Below are positions 63,401-64,000 of a stretch of DNA of 64,000 nucleotides, piece after piece. The notes under the pieces were generated by a model that was not told where the DNA came from, made no database searches, and worked only from the letters and a program-made list of their open reading frames with translations. The translations under genes and the position numbers were made by a program. The stretch is taken from positions 384,001-448,000 of the forward strand of contig CM000429.1 in NCBI GenBank assembly GCA_000165345.1, given 5' to 3'. Numbering within the stretch: the first letter of the stretch is position 1; every line of letters begins with the position of its first letter.

Positions 63401-64000
63401 TTTTACTTTGTCAAAGTTATCTTTAGAGTTACAAATACAACATAATCTTATAGCGGAGTTAAATCTAGCAGTGCATGACTCAAAAATTAAATATTATCAT
63501 AAAAACAAGAATGTTCTATATAATATTCCGGATACAGAAATATATTCTTTAAAAAAATATAATCAAAAAGAAACGGTTTCAAATTTTCTTTTAAATGGAG
63601 ATATTAAAACACACAACTTGATCACTATAGGAAAAAAATCTATTTTTAACTTCTGTAAATGGTATAATATAATTTCAACATCAAATATCTCTATTCAAGC
63701 TTTTATTTCTTCTATAAATTATATATATGCGGAAAAATTTAGAACCGAAAATGAAAATTTCCCAATAAAAAATTTTTATTCCAATAAAGGAAATGACAGT
63801 CATCTATTTGACTTAGAGGAATCTAAAAGTTACTCATATTATTATGAACCCAATACGCCTCTAGTACTTATTGAGAAACTTGGTGAAGTTCAAATATCAA
63901 TTTTAAGCGCAATGATAATCATTCCATTTGAAACAATGAGCTCTAACAATTCAAGTTTATCGATTGACATTTCACAATTTATTAGAGAGTGTTTGGAATT
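54483..64000 (+). CDS. Giant protein, N-terminal at least 3172 aa, running off the window end, with a SPRY domain and a UBA/CUE-like ubiquitin-binding helix bundle. Candidate giant ubiquitin-system protein.
   Basis: I read the frame from ATG 54483 codon by codon to position 64000 and found no stop. It is absent from the ORF track because it is unterminated in the window. No competing ORF exists on either strand over 9.5 kb. The SPRY core is FYYFEINFSF...GLYRDGCQKGISGSFGSYAYKNTGKLVHG...FCIGDTVGCGIDFTNKVVFFTKNGRII. The UBA/CUE-like segment is LAFELHEIINNDNFPLSVCIHALENCKDNLELAANWLLEKNF. Confidence 0.8.
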   Translation, partial: MGNNIDLITYEQSNYEVNELDKLYLQLGNYIGRKDENIYIRELLKYFLQNYYDLNPNIIEDWWKRREQLFLSVDELIWSNPKMFDDSLCELNFATEEMKTLTMTSNTKNKISKYLEKLNCIINDEFSIVGSFNWEEYIGIRLQCYVNLMITLRRLQLKLLDYDKNNYFGLNKLLFKTNQSSEDIFFLINKVFNENFVNLETYTKINQVFLKQKLTNNFKREKLNFIPEDEILNHFMNFTIPKSLDEIYKKNTSSSEIVLLVRCVLGYIWSYYKVIFLSNESVQNQIFLNVDNLFPKEIITGTTDKNAMLCLSEVIKTLLINIIFNSMISESNENLCLLEDLIKLVLQLGNNILLSVCENKSSMNKCFVFGSNKVTNSDLENKSLLMKMLENMFSEDGFFVSIVKICLIAISILTTGVNHFLAKNGQKESNANQNLSENYKNNVKNSQKCSYFSNDICIITIIMRLVSECKYLMQRLWNLYMFLSNEVNCCNSPDLIKEEIYCYGPMQFHSSPRNTFIVEFHEKHSIGTINDSQNKLNKKFELEVLEKHKYYWKLIRVQNASHIIILFDSNCSTEKNTDILEIFWSRENYSSDRINKNFNDLRSQYNESLFGKLSGPKHLWPKKPTIYEGNTLLVVFRTSIESLDQISDDKWGFRIYFQCHYWDQVIENKISHKISDNKTEFKHREILLYNLKEVFIFSAVAVSSSLSFMLRGPNIKRIERNFNEILDSLLFAGGLDINYEKEFPHFSNLKKSDLVPFNTGNKNLVTFADFNSHSMALIDSKNSMHGSLLKNGITLDKKVNNDLFYRFLPNIDEIKDQIINNLHWGFIVNFVLSLSSIIHYNAKKNHFNLSIELMNDKTFMKIVKNDSITARFGSEKLSMVVRSYISCYLHHLGLYYNIFQLCESLFNFGLGLERIIQLAWEFYSNNNLEHIYNDFLFEFIIKFILKQESCQPLLNVWTLGRKFRSWIIMEKHKIEINQPEEKIIYESRNSIETDFDGLLKSIICNTSLILNLVPFSGSKHASIYSKNDLNRSENFMDNLYEDASNNYDIGGSKYVFYPNRNICLVLESIIGFNKYELLLNKCYTEKSKSLVNFESNKDSVIDTKSSFLDYNELEKLNNSQVIREICDGIENLIKSANYFGKMKYNESEESFFGMDTVLCIRRFRAISRFEAFRILSTLFNDENINEFLLTSLIKSIRSMGEETLCFSPINNYNETGILESHTHNYLYFSSEYYKKDENHRTLEVHYSDNLVGCGKKVQKQVKDAYFKLLHSLINGKAVASKGAEILKMSLFAYFALKKAESYDFLKTGFPDRILYLMTGCNKSCELGNECIPSVSLGPYPVFLVYSIICLKCSLQENSAIKLSLIFSSFVGLSHSISISGEFKGQLTSRELWRISEIYFMGKILILTSKMTNFLKKIEISKTEQKIYLEYFKYIFNRRHNINSSIKSPELIDDLFVKFFYIKPSILSNIICRALDSSNQILHFYCIKFLWKFLPLTSTKDFLEQYSRRLIPNNYLIKSKTLEKLNYIDCFEGYLEKIGQSLVLFNSFEEESKIHPPAVLVNSLETGLLYSFNDQLGSLLDNNNRFINNNDDFYKNIIFLLRLIALYSEKNEQKYNEVSFKKIDLELIHMGFVQLLSEQIYKIPTLLDSLLNLDEHLKLEEVYRCIGMLAVIIDDYDFETHVGKLIHFQENQLIESKNEISKMGILISNNPLKKEYSILINDFKSIEVKKFSYNSINILNKTNISFPMKFIISKLNFDIIKIITSILKISFQYLSSLSTNIDNLEKYFSIKIMEYGATISNLEKKKLVALQIISMSLSFINMLIDNGYISTLNLSNDRNVNQLIELINAITKIGIVNLPSINEKDGISSNISIILSRRFIQRTLQKNQFSSSGYYPIFKKSTQADLLKNSPYTNIMLTLPTKWEIKNQCFYFKNKNTIIFNINHHLFQDKGNSTMFTANCYIPTLLSFYYFEINFSFSDEMPRHNELKTNFCFLSELDLAFCVCIGLYRDGCQKGISGSFGSYAYKNTGKLVHGCDEKEFSEQKVENFCIGDTVGCGIDFTNKVVFFTKNGRIIRYQSSQYTFMQESLCKKKSDYPKFNNVMGHFKPAIWIERSKYDFDTNKYLIVNANFGQELFKYKYINKLNSNNILSLENEELSIFRNNSEQLTFNNFLCNNYSELSKAELNRRTLAFELHEIINNDNFPLSVCIHALENCKDNLELAANWLLEKNFQNSSSTSIPSEFHFSSDSTNSGIKTCSDGTKCNKVIYSEKEYLIDKLISSKNKSTEYHSSKYFELINTFIFNKYNQELNFIKDNYFEISKYFLIFGSFGENPLHRIENYVLTNYSQNVNIQNYLSGDIWFNSQFDFQGYDRKNLPSEFVEQQISNLTLQLLHKRNSFTGASFSQKTKKNSFLPGTIVEIAQNFKYWICGVEENDCFASEIISMKSMGTIIDLNNSPKCRIIYFLRKLSKFTGVVWSCSQITNSTLVQFFDYYSLVYYLVNLPSNFLIETSTNIGLSNERVTYNKGTKLKAFQDYIENIFSSNIHNENGRTFFYGRLPQVFHLYFKFELIKCIQSTREAISKNLNKVHKYLFGQSNHKRLNSLENILQIFKLVFGSKCPKISDYFVPMYTKERLFSIYYTNLLNQENMIGYTRFLEEFPKKETIKFTDIILREYISTIKAGIYSEIPIIKIETTHPCECLIDKKYDISFKDCDYFFAIFDPLCEISSDNLSFFKITFNDCLDGKKITLLKATGRGLSGCKLVIPTNLFTIYLVTSSQNNNKYGIKACFIPMRYSISDYKLMENKNIHFSYILLDLILKNVGNNIDITHIKKIVEILLFVLFEIHIPKQIYSCKQISNKNISSFSSKEEKVIPIQNSFIHIVQQLINIFIKYPEVICNISQKSIVILDYLNTFFNIVYLIQMDQLQIVTNHGRNVNIKYCIMLQLHYLLFFYKNNKMDFLINNKYSRESNFGKLSNFTLSKLSLELQIQHNLIAELNLAVHDSKIKYYHKNKNVLYNIPDTEIYSLKKYNQKETVSNFLLNGDIKTHNLITIGKKSIFNFCKWYNIISTSNISIQAFISSINYIYAEKFRTENENFPIKNFYSNKGNDSHLFDLEESKSYSYYYEPNTPLVLIEKLGEVQISILSAMIIIPFETMSSNNSSLSIDISQFIRECLE

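Noticed and set aside
1-64000. Whether the window is a prokaryotic defence or accessory island (CRISPR, toxin-antitoxin, phage, integrons)
   Set aside because: The sequence is clearly eukaryotic: spliceosomal GTAAGT...YAG introns, eukaryote-only proteins (PRP17, Sec22, CDC50, CAF-1, eIF2B, ribosomal L36e), kb-scale monocistronic genes, and no Shine-Dalgarno/operon organisation. No CRISPR-like direct repeats were seen.

Overview
This window is a gene-dense, AT-rich (about 30% GC by eye) eukaryotic nuclear segment, not a prokaryotic or phage region. The gene content and style point to an apicomplexan of the Cryptosporidium type: many intronless genes, a few very short GTAAGT...YAG introns, convergent genes whose stop codons overlap or abut, Asn/Lys/Ser-rich low-complexity proteins, a secreted insulinase-like M16 peptidase, and TGCATGCA (AP2-like) and GGCGGGAA (E2F-like) promoter boxes. 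I cannot confirm the taxon without a database search.

I can support about 30 protein-coding genes. From start to end they are:
- a giant AT-hook/PHD chromatin protein (probably with a 5' intron)
- RPL36
- Bystin/Enp1
- a secreted insulinase-like peptidase
- a PHD-PWWP reader
- a GATA-type zinc-finger protein
- a PGAM5-like histidine phosphatase
- a TARBP1/Trm3-like SpoU tRNA methyltransferase
- a secreted Cof-type HAD phosphatase
- DDRGK1/UFBP1
- a multi-pass membrane protein
- CDC50/LEM3
- EMC6 (two exons, missed by the ORF track)
- an NPRL2/longin-like hypothetical protein
- PSMG3/PAC3
- a Tul1-like transmembrane RING-H2 E3 ligase
- PRP17/CDC40
- a coiled-coil hypothetical protein
- a small membrane protein
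- an HVA22/Yop1/REEP protein
- the CAF-1 large subunit
- a G-patch protein
- an eIF2B-family subunit
- a Cys-rich type I membrane protein
- a C2H2-like coiled-coil protein
- SEC22 (two exons)
- a UPRT with a non-canonical PRPP loop
- a J-domain protein
- a giant open frame of at least 3172 codons (54483 to the window end) with SPRY and UBA/CUE-like domains, absent from the ORF track because it has no stop in the window

I recognised no rRNA, tRNA, CRISPR array or transposon. There is no operon-like 'system' here. The most novel-looking items are the two giant uncharacterised proteins, the missed EMC6 gene, the tail-to-tail CDS overlaps, the atypical UPRT, and the short promoter motifs.
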